From Malacoraja senta (taxonomy: Eukaryota): a DNA stretch of 64,000 nucleotides. Position numbers and translations under genes: made by a program. Under the pieces are notes generated by a model. It was not told the origin of the DNA. It was given only the letters and a program-made list of their open reading frames with translations, and ran no database searches. The DNA lies in the NCBI GenBank assembly GCA_038087875.1, contig CM075988.1, positions 12,588,001-12,652,000 on the forward strand, read 5' to 3'. Position 1 is the stretch's first letter, and each line of letters begins with the position of its first letter. Shown one piece after another: positions 1 to 10,107 of this stretch.

Positions 1-9
1 ACAGAATAT

Positions 10-322
10 GGGTGGCACGGTGACGCAGCGGTAGAGTTGCTGCCTCACAGCACTTGCAGAATCTGACACCCGGGTTTGATCCCGACTACAGGTGCTGTCT
101 GTACGGAGTATGTACATTCTCCCCGTGACCGTGTGGTTTTCTCCGAGATCTTCGGTTTCCACCCACACACCAAAGACGTACAGATTTGTAGGTTAATTGG
201 CTTGGTATAAATGTAAATTGCCCCTAGTGTGTGTAGGGTAGTGTTAATGTGCGGGGATTGCTGGTCGGTGCGGACTCAGTGGGCCGAAAAGGCCTGTTTC
301 CGCGCTGTATCTCTAAACTAAA
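10..322 (+). mobile_element. tRNA-derived V-SINE (HE1-like)
   Basis: A-box-like TGACGCAGCGG, B-box-like GGGTTTGATCC, central CCCACAC.CCAAAGAC...AGGTTAATTGG domain, CR1-like tail GGGCCGAA..GGCCTGTTTCC...CTCTAAACTAAA. Confidence 0.85.
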
Positions 323-526
323 AATAAGAAAGCACAGGTTCAGTCAATGAAGGATACCAATAAATCAATAATATACTCTTCAGGTCATCAACCTGAAACA
401 TGAATTCTGATTCTTTCTCCACAGGTGATGCATAATCTATCAGTGTTTACAGCATTCTCTGCTTTGATTTAAGTAAACTTTTAGAATGTTTTCCATGCAC
501 AAGTTAGAGAAAAGTTGCAATGATCC

Positions 527-826
527 GAGCGGCATGGTGGCGCAGTGATAGAGCTCCTGCCTCACAGCGCCAGAGACCCGGGTTCGATCCTGACTACGGG
601 GTGCTGTCGGTTCGGAGTTTGTATGTTCTTCCCGTGACCTCCGTGGGTTTTCTCCGAGACCTTCAGTTTCCTCCCACACTCGAATGACATACAGGCTTGT
701 AGGCTAATTGACTTGGTATAAATGTTTCAAATAATTGTCCCCAGTGTGTGTAGGATAGTGTTGATGTGGTCGGTGTGGACACGGTGGGCCGAAGGGCCTG
801 GTTCCGCATTTTGTTTCTAAACTAAA
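527..826 (+). mobile_element. V-SINE (HE1-like)
   Basis: TGGCGCAGTG A box, GGGTTCGATCC B box, same body and TAAACTAAA tail as 10-322. Confidence 0.85.
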
Positions 827-939
827 TCATTTGGAACAGATCGAAAAGACGAGGGTAAGAAATGCTTTGGGAAGTAGCGAAGGAAATATTTGAATCCATT
901 GTGAGGAGTTTCCTGTCAGTGTACAACTTGCACCATATT

Positions 940-1040
940 CTGAAGAAGGATCCCAATCCAAAATGGCATCCAGATGCTTACTAACCTACTGAGTTCCTCC
1001 AGCTGTCTGCTTTTTGCTCAAGAATCAGGCATCTGCAGTC
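940..1040 (+). mobile_element. Penelope-like terminal module, degraded
   Basis: CTGAAGAAGG...GATGCT...CTGAGTTCCTCCAGC...GCATCTGCAGT; same module recurs throughout the window. Confidence 0.65.
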
Positions 1041-1666
1041 TCTAGTGTCACCATATGCTGGGTATCTTTTGTTGAGGTAAAGTAGTGCAATTATTCTCAT
1101 GCAATTTCAATTCAGCTTTGGTCTGCAGGTAAAATCTCCCCAGTATCGGTATAATTAAGCAGTGCAATCAAATATAGTCAATGCATGGCGAGAACAGGGT
1201 CAAAGTAGCCTCAAGGTGGAAAGCAAGGAATGATATTTGTTCTGTGTTTGGCTGATGATCAGAGGGCATGAGATGTGTATCTCTCTGCAAACTTTTTGAC
1301 AGTTTTTACACAGTTCTAATCATTCTCCAAAGAAGTGTTCAAATTGATTTTAATCACCTCTTGGCAATGTTCCCCAAGTGGAGGAAATAATTGTAATCAT
1401 AGCAGTGTGATAATTTAATTAACTGTCTCAGCAGTGATCAGTTTTAAACTGAGTTTGTTGTCTTGTATGCTGCAACTGACTGGTTGGAGGGGCAGAATGA
1501 CTGCAAGTTACTACAGGGCAAGTGGTACAGACTGGATTCAAGTTACTGTTCATCCCCATGGGCCCCAAAAAAATATTTCTGGCTTGTGGCCAATTTTGCA
1601 GGAAGGACTTGCTTTAGACAGCCGGATTCTTGAAATAGTGTAAACATTCACAGCATTTAAACATTA

Positions 1667-3075
1667 ATAGAGCGATGAAACAGGCCCTTTGGCCCACAAC
1701 TACCACTAGGGTTGCCAACTTTCTCACTCCCAAATAAGGGACAACGGGTGGCATGCCGCGGCGGTGTGGGTATGGTGCAGGCCCGGGATGAAGTGACTGA
1801 GGGGGCTGGCAGCTAGCAGATGGTAACAGGGACATTTTTCAAAAGAGAGAGAGACAGAAAAAAACAACTCTAAATAGGTAAACAAATCCAATATAGGAAC
1901 CTGGTATACATAACTTCAGTGTGATATATGAAATATTACACCAAATTATAACAAAGCATAATACAGAGCATAATCTGACTACCAGTCAGACATGAAATAA
2001 CACCAAATCACCCAATCTGTATGTGCCTATAGAGTAGACATATGATCACTGCAAAAGAGGAAAAGAGGGGGGGACTCATCAAGTCAACTTTTTTCATGGA
2101 TATTTCTTGCTGCTCACTGTACAACTGATACGCATAAAGGGGGGCTGCATTTGGATGACAAGTGAATCACTCGTGCATGGCGTCAACAGCACATGCAACA
2201 CGCACGCACGCTGTTATATCAGATCTAGGATCTGCCTGTAAGCATGTCCTCTGCTGATTACAGTGTAGTAGAGTCCAATACGGGACAAGGGCGGTCCCCT
2301 ATGGGTCAAACCAATTTAGACCAATATACGGGCTGTCCCAGCTAATATGGGACAGTTGGCAACCCTAACTACCACCCCTTGCAATGCGCTCCAGGCCTCC
2401 ACCACTCTCTGTGTAAAAAAAAAACGCGCCCTGCACTTCTCCATTAAACTCTCCTCTCCCAGCTTCCAGTGAAAAAGGCTCTGACTATCTACCCTATCTA
2501 TGTCTCTCATAATTTTCTATACTTCTCTCAAGTCTCCCCTCAACCTCCAAAGTTCCAGAGAAAACAATCATGTTAATCCAACCTCTCCCTGCAACTGAAA
2601 CCCTCTAATCCAGGTAGCATTCTGGTAAACCTCCTCTGCGCCCTCTCCATAGCCTTCACATCATTCCTGTAATGGGGCGACTGGAACTACACACAATGCT
2701 CCAAACGCAGCCAAACCAAGAATTGCATCATGGGTTCCTGACATATATTTAATGGCCCCAGCAATGATGGCATTCATCCATATGCCTTCTTTTCTAGCCT
2801 ATCTACTTGTCCTGCCACCTCTAGTGAGTAATGAATGGACTCCAACATCTCTCTGTACATCAATGCTGTTAAGGGTCTTGCCTTTAACTGTAGACTCCCT
2901 CCTTACATTCAACCTCCCAAAGTGCAACACCTCACACTCGCATGAGTAAAACTCCATCTGCCATATCTCCTCCCATTTCTGCAGCTAATCTATATCCCAC
3001 TGTATCTTCTGACAGCCTTCATCACTGTCTGCAACTTCTCCAATTTTGCTGTTATTAGCAAACTTGCTCAACATC
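1667..3075 (-). mobile_element. CR1-clade LINE 3' fragment, interrupted by a hAT MITE
   Basis: Minus-strand peptides KFANN (degenerate KFADD, ~3050-3066) and MRDIDRVDSQSLF...FFTQRVVEAWSAL; CR1 tail (AAACAGGCCCTTTGGCCCA on + strand) at ~1678. Confidence 0.8.
1707..2367. mobile_element. Non-autonomous hAT transposon (Blackjack-like termini)
   Basis: 14-bp TIRs TAGGGTTGCCAACT / AGTTGGCAACCCTA; perfect 8-bp TSD ACTACCAC at 1699-1706 and 2368-2375. Confidence 0.9.
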
Positions 3076-3135
3076 CCAAATACTGGAAATCTAATCCAGA
3101 AAATGAAAGAACCAGCCAGCTAATCAGACACATGT

Positions 3136-3426
3136 GTGCGGCACAATGGAGCAGCAGTAGAGTTGCTGCCTTGCAGCGCCAGATATCTGGGTTCGATCCT
3201 GACTAAGGGTGCAGTCTGTACGGAGTTTATACATTCTCCTCGTGACCCGCATGGGTTTTCCCCAGGAGCTCCGGTTTCCTCCCACACTCCAAAGGCGTAC
3301 AGGTTTGTAGGCAAATTGGCTTGGCAAAATTGTAAATTGTCCCGAGTGTATGTAGCATAGTTTTAGCGTGCGAGGATCGATGGTCGGCATGGACTCAATG
3401 GGCTGAAGGGCCTGTATCTCTAAACT
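3136..3426 (+). mobile_element. V-SINE (HE1-like)
   Basis: B box GGGTTCGATCC, CCCACACTCCAAAG domain, CTCTAAAC tail. Confidence 0.85.
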
Positions 3427-3722
3427 CCGGAGAGAGAAAGAGAGTAAAATCATTGACCCTTACTTGGAACTTGAAAAGTAAGGAAAACACGGTGTTTTAA
3501 GTTGCAAAGAGGGTGCTTGGTGGAGAAAAGGGTCTATTTACGGGTGAGGACCATGATTGTCCAGCTAACAGAACTATTTTCCATGCTGGCAGTTAGAGAG
3601 AAAATAACATGCGAGAACTGTGCAATGCAAAACATAACACTTGATGCAAAAAGAGAATGCAGGCGTTATCCACCAGATCAGGCAGCATCAGGAAAGAATG
3701 CAAAACAGGTTACGGGTTACAG

Positions 3723-3964
3723 GTGGACACAAAGTGCTGGAGTAATTCAGTGGGTCACTCAGCATCTCAGGAGATAAAGGATAGGTGATGTTTCAGTTTG
3801 GGACTACAGATTCAGATTACAGATTCTTCAGACTGATAAAGAGCCCTGACCCAAAATGTCACCTATCCTTTATCTCCAGAGATGCTGCCTGACCCTCTGA
3901 GTTACTCCAGTATTTTGTGTCTATCTTTGGTATAAACCAGCATCCGCTGTTCTTTGTTTCTGCA
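3723..3964. mobile_element. Fold-back Penelope-like terminal module
   Basis: GACACAAAGTGCTGGAGTAATTCAG...GATAGGTGATG arm inverted against GTCACCTATCC...CTGAGTTACTCCAGTATTTTGTGTC, plus extra tail AAACCAGCATC. Confidence 0.75.
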
Positions 3965-4174
3965 GGTTATAGGTCTTTAACCTGTCGTGAGAACTGATAG
4001 GTTCAAATTCAAACGGGAACATCTGGTTATTTAAAACCATTGTAGGACTGTTCTTTGAGGTTACATTGGTTGTGCCATGCCAACATAAGCTTGAGGAACA
4101 GTACCTCATCTTCCCTTGAGGCATATTCTGATGTAAGGCTAAGGCAGTGGAACTCCACCGACACAACCTTCCAC

Positions 4175-4325
4175 AGAAACGTGGAAAATAGGTGCACGAG
4201 TAGGCCAATCAGCCCTACTATCCAGCCATGGCTGATCATCCAAAATCAGTACCCCATCCCTGCTTTCTCCCCATATCCCTTGATTCTGTTAGTCCTAAGA
4301 GCTATATATAACTCTCTCTTGAATA
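4175..4325 (-). mobile_element. CR1 3' end
   Basis: Reverse complement of the CR1 tails at 56333-56458 and 58120-58290. Confidence 0.8.
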
Positions 4326-5088
4326 CATACAATGAAATTCCATAACCTTTGCATCCCCCATTGATCGAAGCTCTGTGTATTTTGACCTTGGGGCAAGGAA
4401 TAAAAGGACTTGTACATATAATTGGAGTGAATTTAACATTAGTCATTGGAAAATTCTTGATTCCTTCTTATCCTCGGGAATTTTCATATCCAGAAGAAAT
4501 ATGACTTATCTCGGTTTGATAAACTCAATTTAGTATCTACAATCTTTTCAAGCACTGACACCCATGCTCCTTTATGTGTATTTGTGAGCATTTTCTTTGA
4601 CTCTAGCCTCACTACTTTTTTCAATAAGCTTGTGCAATGGGCAATGGCATCCATTCTGGATGTCCTATGTAATGCTAACTTTTGTCTTCCATCCCAATGA
4701 GGATTTGTTTGCTTACTGTTGAAATCGGTCCTGGCTTTAAGGGCAAATTATCTTAATAACTTTTGTCAACAGTGAAGATTATTGATTAGCCTTTGTATTT
4801 CAATATCAATTGATGTCTCAAATTTGCTAAAAAAAACTTTTGGCCTCTGATTCCACTGGAATGATAACTTCCAGAGTTGGAGTTGGCTATTTGGCCCTCT
4901 TGAATTTTTCATTTAAACCTTTTGGGGTTTGCGATGTTGTTGGCCATTCATTAAGCTTTAAATTTACTTCAGTGGAGTTCACTTAGTTGGTGGGTTTGGT
5001 GACTGTGGCTATTGTCGTTCCCAATTCCATCACTGTAAATTCCTTTTCCGACTTTCTCTACATTCCAGCTGGTACTCTACATATATAG

Positions 5089-5280
5089 GTACACAAAAAT
5101 GCTGGAGAAACTCAGCGGGTGCAGCAGCATCTATGGAGCGAAGGAAATAGGTAACGTTTCGGGCCGAAACCCTTCTTCAGACTATTTCCTTCGCTCCATA
5201 GATGCTGCTGCACCCGCTGAGTTTCTCCAGCATTTTTGTGTACCTTCGATTTTCCAGCATCTGCAGTTCCTTCTTTAACA
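5089..5280. mobile_element. Young fold-back Penelope-like mini-insertion with TSD
   Basis: TSD CTCTACATATATAG at 5075-5088 and 5281-5294; perfect inverted arms 5087-5150 / 5182-5245; ~35-nt extra tail. Confidence 0.85.
5151..5181 (-). ncRNA. Minimal type-I hammerhead-ribozyme-like motif
   Basis: Minus strand TCTGAAGA-AGGG-TTTCGG-CCC-GAAA-CGTT: CUGANGA box, stem II, GAAA box, palindromic ACGU stem III and UH site, as described for Penelope-like element hammerheads; activity not shown. Confidence 0.6.
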
Positions 5281-6854
5281 CTCTACATATATAGTTCAAC
5301 TTGGAGTTCAATGGTAATGTGATGGTCCAGATTCTCAAAACCAACATTCACTTCATCAAATCATTGTGGGTACCCATGTATTTGCTTTGCTTTTTATTGA
5401 AGGGTGCTTCTCATTTGGCCTGATCAAAGTTGTCACCTATCCTTGTGCACCGAATGTGCTGCCTGTCCCATTGAGTTGCTGCAGCACCTTGTGTAACCTC
5501 AGCTGTTAAGTTGTTTTCAATTATCTGTGTTCTTTCCCCCCATTTACATAGATCAGTTGGTTCCTCACACCTTCTCAGATCCAAGGTAGCAGATTCTTCT
5601 TTCTGAATAGAGGAGGCAGTTAGTTTATTTTATTGTTCAATAAGCAACTCTATCTCTAAACATTCCATGTTGAGGAATGTTGTCTCTCCAATATGCTGTA
5701 GGTTTGACACTGCTTTCTTTCAAGTCATTTTTCTTTACTTTTCCAGGAAGCTTTTTGGGTATGACCTCAGTGTCTGGTGTTACTCTGTGTTCCCATGTCC
5801 AGGTTTGCCCCGAGGTTGATGAATGCAGATATATTTCTCCCTTATTTCTCCAATCTGCCCATTTCATTCCCTCTGTGCAGACAGCTGGTACCAGTTCTCT
5901 AAGTCAAAATCATCCTCCATGGTGTAACTATTCTTGTTTTTTTAACATTATTTTTGTCAGTGAACTCATCCACACCTCCTACTTAGACTTTGCTAAGCTT
6001 TGTTTTCAGTCTTATGTCAACCCTTCTTTCTCTTACATGACTGCTAGGGGTTTGGTTACTTGCATAGACAACATCTCAACCTATCTACATGTGGCTTCTG
6101 TGCTTTGGCTGCTATTATAGCCAGGGCTATTTGAATTCCACCATTCCCATCAAATACTTCTCTGTGTCGTTGAATGCTGAGCCTCAAATGAATTATGGAT
6201 TTCTCCTCGTTTTGCAATCACTGACTGCTTTTCAGTCTTAGAAAAAAAATTGTCACCTCATTCCTGCCTCGGGCTTTGTAATTTATACCTGTTGCTCTAA
6301 TCTCAATTTAAAGTGTGTGTTGAACTTTTGAAAAAAAAAGTCTGAACTTTTATGCAATGTCTCACTTATTATTTGGGTATTGATTGAGCAGATCCACTCC
6401 TGTCTCTCCTCTCCATGGAAGAATGTATCGTGTCTTCTTTTCATTATTTGTGTCTTGGTAAAAGTATTGAAAGTCTGTTTGCAATGTTGTTGCCTCCCTG
6501 TTTATTATGGGCAAGACACGTTAACTTGTTGTAGCCATCTTCCTCCCACTACATGCCACCATCACAGATTAGCAAGTGTTCTTCTTCGTTTTTAGTGTCA
6601 AATTCAGAAACAACACCAAAGAACTGATATTTTTCATGTGGTTTGTAATTTTACTCGGTAGACCACTTCAACCATATTACCTTGTTTTTCCAGGAGCTCT
6701 ACATGACACTCGCAAAGCTCAGATCTTCAGCTGGCATTGCTTTTGGCACTGCTAATAACATGATCCCCATTCATTCTTGCAATAACATCTCAAGAATCTG
6801 TGAGATCAATGTCACTGATGCTGGATTGACTTTCCAGCTCCTGCACGGCCGATC

Positions 6855-6991
6855 TTCTTCTTGTGAATGGCGTGCACAGCCTAAAGTTGTAGGACAACTT
6901 GTTCTATTTGATCTTATTTGATTGTGCATGCCGGGTTGATTGCATTTGTCGAAACAGGGCGGACCACGTGAAGGTTGCAATCTTCCACCCA
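6855..6991 (-). mobile_element. Short retroposon 3' end with (AAG)n tail, family unassigned
   Basis: 11-bp TSD CACGGCCGATC (6844-6854) / CACGACCGATC (6992-7002); TTCTTCTT on + strand at the left end. Confidence 0.65.
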
Positions 6992-7682
6992 CACGACCGA
7001 TCCATCGCTTCCTAATGCAAAACCTGCAGAGTGCACTGTTGTAATTCAGTAACTCACAATATTATCTCCCCTTGAGATCTCCATTTTACTGAGAAGAGCA
7101 AGGGTACATCAATACCCTGGGATTTTCTACCTGTGAACCATTGTTGAAGCAACTTAGCTGCAGGTGATATTGAATGGACAGTCAAAAGTTGTGCATTTTG
7201 CCTCGGACAAGATTAAAAATCGCAAGTAGTAAGTTCAGTTCGGTGGTGTCACGGGTATCTGCCAGACTGCAAGATTCACACTGTCTCTCAGGGTCTTGAT
7301 GCATGAGGTCAGGGATGTTCACCTTGTTCCTCGAGGGTTCGTGTAGCAGCTTTCTGAGCTTTTCACTCTTGGTTGGCAGAAAATCCATTTGAGCAGCTCC
7401 CCACAGTATCCAGATTCATGAAAGTGACCTCGTTGGTCAAGTCATTCATTCATCATCAAATTCCCTGCTGTGACTGGAATGTTACCTTGAACAAACTGAT
7501 GCCACAACCTTTCAACCATTGCTTCGTTTGGTCTTGCATTCCCTAGACTTAGCCGCCTGCTTGCTGACCCTCGATTTCTACACCTATTTTTCTGCTTCAA
7601 CATTGAAGAGTGAAAGAAAGTGCAAAAGAAACAGGTAAGATAAATGACATTCGAATGGGAAATAGAATATTTAAAGATAGAA

Positions 7683-7945
7683 ACAGGCTCTGACCTCCCC
7701 ACCATCAAAGGGATTTACCGGAGTCATTGCCTCAAAAAGGCAGCCCACCACCCAGGCCCCACAATTATTTCACCCCTGCCATCGGGAAGAAGGTACAGGA
7801 GCCTGAAAACTGTAATGTCCAGGTTCATGAACAGCTTCCCTATAGCCATTCGGCTAGTAAATACTACAACCTCAAATAAGCTCTCAACTACATAGACTAT
7901 AATTGTTATTATTGCAATATTATTGATTTTTTGTGTGTGTACGTA

Positions 7946-7981
<36 letters not shown>

Positions 7982-8152
7982 TGTGTGTGTGTATTTGTGA
8001 GTATGTGTACACACACTGATTTGTTTTCCTTTTTTTTCTCTTTCGTTTATTAGATTGTTTACAGTGTACTATGTTTACATATTCTGTTGTGCTGCTGCAA
8101 GTAAGAATTTCATTGTTCTATCTGGGACATATGACAATAAAACACTCTTGAC
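7683..8152 (+). mobile_element. Rex/Babar-type LINE 3' fragment with internal (TG)n microsatellite
   Basis: Peptide LPTIKGIYRSHCLKKAAHHPG...PLPSGRRYRSLKT...RFMNSF; end ATGACAATAAAACACTCTTGACT; (TG)n at ~7932-8014. Confidence 0.8.
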
Positions 8153-9262
8153 TAAGAGTACACACATGGCTGATGCACAGCGCTTGTTTGTATACACAAG
8201 AAGTGCATTATACAAGATTGGTGAGCTCCACGGGGAATAAACAACATGGATATAAAGTGTGCAGGAAGGAACTGCAGAGGCTGGTTAAAACCGAAGATAG
8301 ACACAAAACACTGGAGGAACTCAGCGGGACAGGCAGGCAGCATATAAAGTCTTGTGGCAGCAACCTCGCCCTTGCAGGAGAGGATTCCAGAATACAAGGT
8401 GATCCGGAAACATAGGGAAGGAAGGAATGAAAATTTGAGGGAGCGGCAACATTGATATTGGAGAGAATGAATTTCCTAAAATGGTCAAAAGCAGAATCTA
8501 TCAGAATTGAATTTAGAAACAATAGCAGTATTATAACGCAATTGGGACTACCTCATAGACTGCCAAATCACAGGGAAAAACACAGTTAGAAGCAGATTAG
8601 CAAGAAAATGGCAGAGGTGTAAAAAGCCACAGATACCCTCTCCATTGCCAGCGCATCCCTCCTCAGATATGGGAAAAATATGAGAAAAGGAATAGGTGAC
8701 GTTTTGGGTCAGATCCCTTCTTCAGATTTGCGAACAGATTTTGTTTGGTGGGATGGCGTCAAAGCTTGGGAGGCAGAATGTAATGAATGACATTGGGAGG
8801 CTTTTCAATTGGAGATGTTTGAGCTTCAGTCTAAGTCCGTTCCCAAGAGGAAGAAGGGTGAGAAAATTAAAATCCGAGCTCCTTGGCGAACTGAAGAGGA
8901 AGAGGGTAAAATCCTACACAAATGGAGCATACACATGCTGCAAGGTTGTTAACGCTAAGCCAATTAAAGAAAGTACAGAAGGGACTTAACAAAGGAAATC
9001 AGAGGAGAAAAGAGAGAGTAAGTGAAAAGACTGAAAAGAGAATCCAAAAGTATCCTGCAGGCCTGTGAACAAGAAAACGGCCGTAAGTGGGGCAATCAGA
9101 AACCAAAAGGTGAGGTGATGGTTGTTGATCAGCTGTGTAGGTCCCATTGAATCCAGTCGGAATTCTAAACCTACAGATTAGAAGCAGAGGGAAAGGCTGA
9201 TTATTGAAGTTATTTGTTTTTCATTTTAATTTCATTTAATGTTTTCATTATTTCCAACTAAC

Positions 9263-9528
9263 GGACCACAGTGGCGCTGGGGTAGAATTGCTGCCTTACA
9301 GCGCCAGGGACCCGCGTTCAATACTGACTATGGGGCTGTCTGTATGGAGTTTGTGACCGTGTGGGTTTTCTCCGGGTGCTCCGGTTTCCTCCCACACTCC
9401 AAAGACATGCAGGTTTGTAGGTTAATTGGCTTCGGTAAACTGTCCCTAATGTGTAGGGTAGTGCAAGTGAGCAATGGTCGGCATGGACTCGCTGGGCTAA
9501 AGGGCCTATTTCTGTGCTGTAACTCTGA
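9263..9528 (+). mobile_element. V-SINE (HE1-like)
   Basis: Same head, CCCACACTCCAAAGAC domain and tail as other copies. Confidence 0.8.
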
Positions 9529-9553
9529 ACAGTTTTTTATGTGTTTTGAATTA

Positions 9554-9960
9554 ATAGACAAATAGACAATAGACAATAGGTGCAGGAGTAGGCCATTCGC
9601 CCCATTGGGCCAGCACCACCATTCAATGTGATCATGGCTGATCATCCACAATCAGTACCCCGTTCCTGCCTTCTCCCCATATCCCCTGACCACTATCTTC
9701 AAGAGCCCTATCTAGCTGTCTCTTGAAAGTATCCAGAGAACCCGCCTCCACCGCCCTCTGAGGCAGAGAATTCCACAGACTCATAACTCTGTGTGAAAAA
9801 GTGTTTCCTCATCTCCGTTCTAAATGGCTTACCCCTTATTCTTAAACTGTGGCCCCTAGTTCTAGACTCCCCCAACATCGGGTACATGTTTCCTGCCTCG
9901 AGCGTGTCCAAACCCTTAATAATCTTATGTTTTAATAAGATGCCCTCTCATCCTTCTAAA
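9554..9960 (-). mobile_element. CR1 LINE 3' fragment
   Basis: ORF 9708-9911 (-): GESRTRGHSLRIRGKPFRTEMRKHFFTQ; (ATAGACA)n tail repeats at 9554-9578. Confidence 0.9.
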
Positions 9961-10107
9961 TGTTTTTAAAATTTTAAATAATGCAATTATTTTAATTATT
10001 TACTTTAATGTTAATAGGTTTTAAATGGGCTACACATTAGAATGTGCTACTCTGTTATAATATGCTCAATAACTGCTTTGGAAGGGAGCGCTGTCAGGGT
10101 GTTTTTA

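Larger units (their letters stand above)
4345..7560 (-). pseudogene. Highly decayed Ty3/Gypsy gag-pol relic
   Basis: Manual minus-strand translation from 5030 down: MELGTTIATVTKPTN*VNS...PKGLNEKFKRAK*PTPTLEVIIP..EAK.., resembling Gypsy RT (IAKVTEPTDWVNS...PKDLNKAIKREHYPLPTLEDI...AKVFSKLD); downstream MKIPEDKK...TNVKFTP; gag-like text at 7182-7388. Boundaries approximate. Confidence 0.6.

Noticed and set aside
10..90. tRNA gene suggested by A/B boxes (also at 527, 3136, 30952, 33098)
   Set aside because: Each continues into a SINE body and CR1-like tail; these are SINE heads, not tRNA genes
5677..6120. 147-aa + strand ORF
   Set aside because: No recognisable domain; lies antisense to the decayed Gypsy relic
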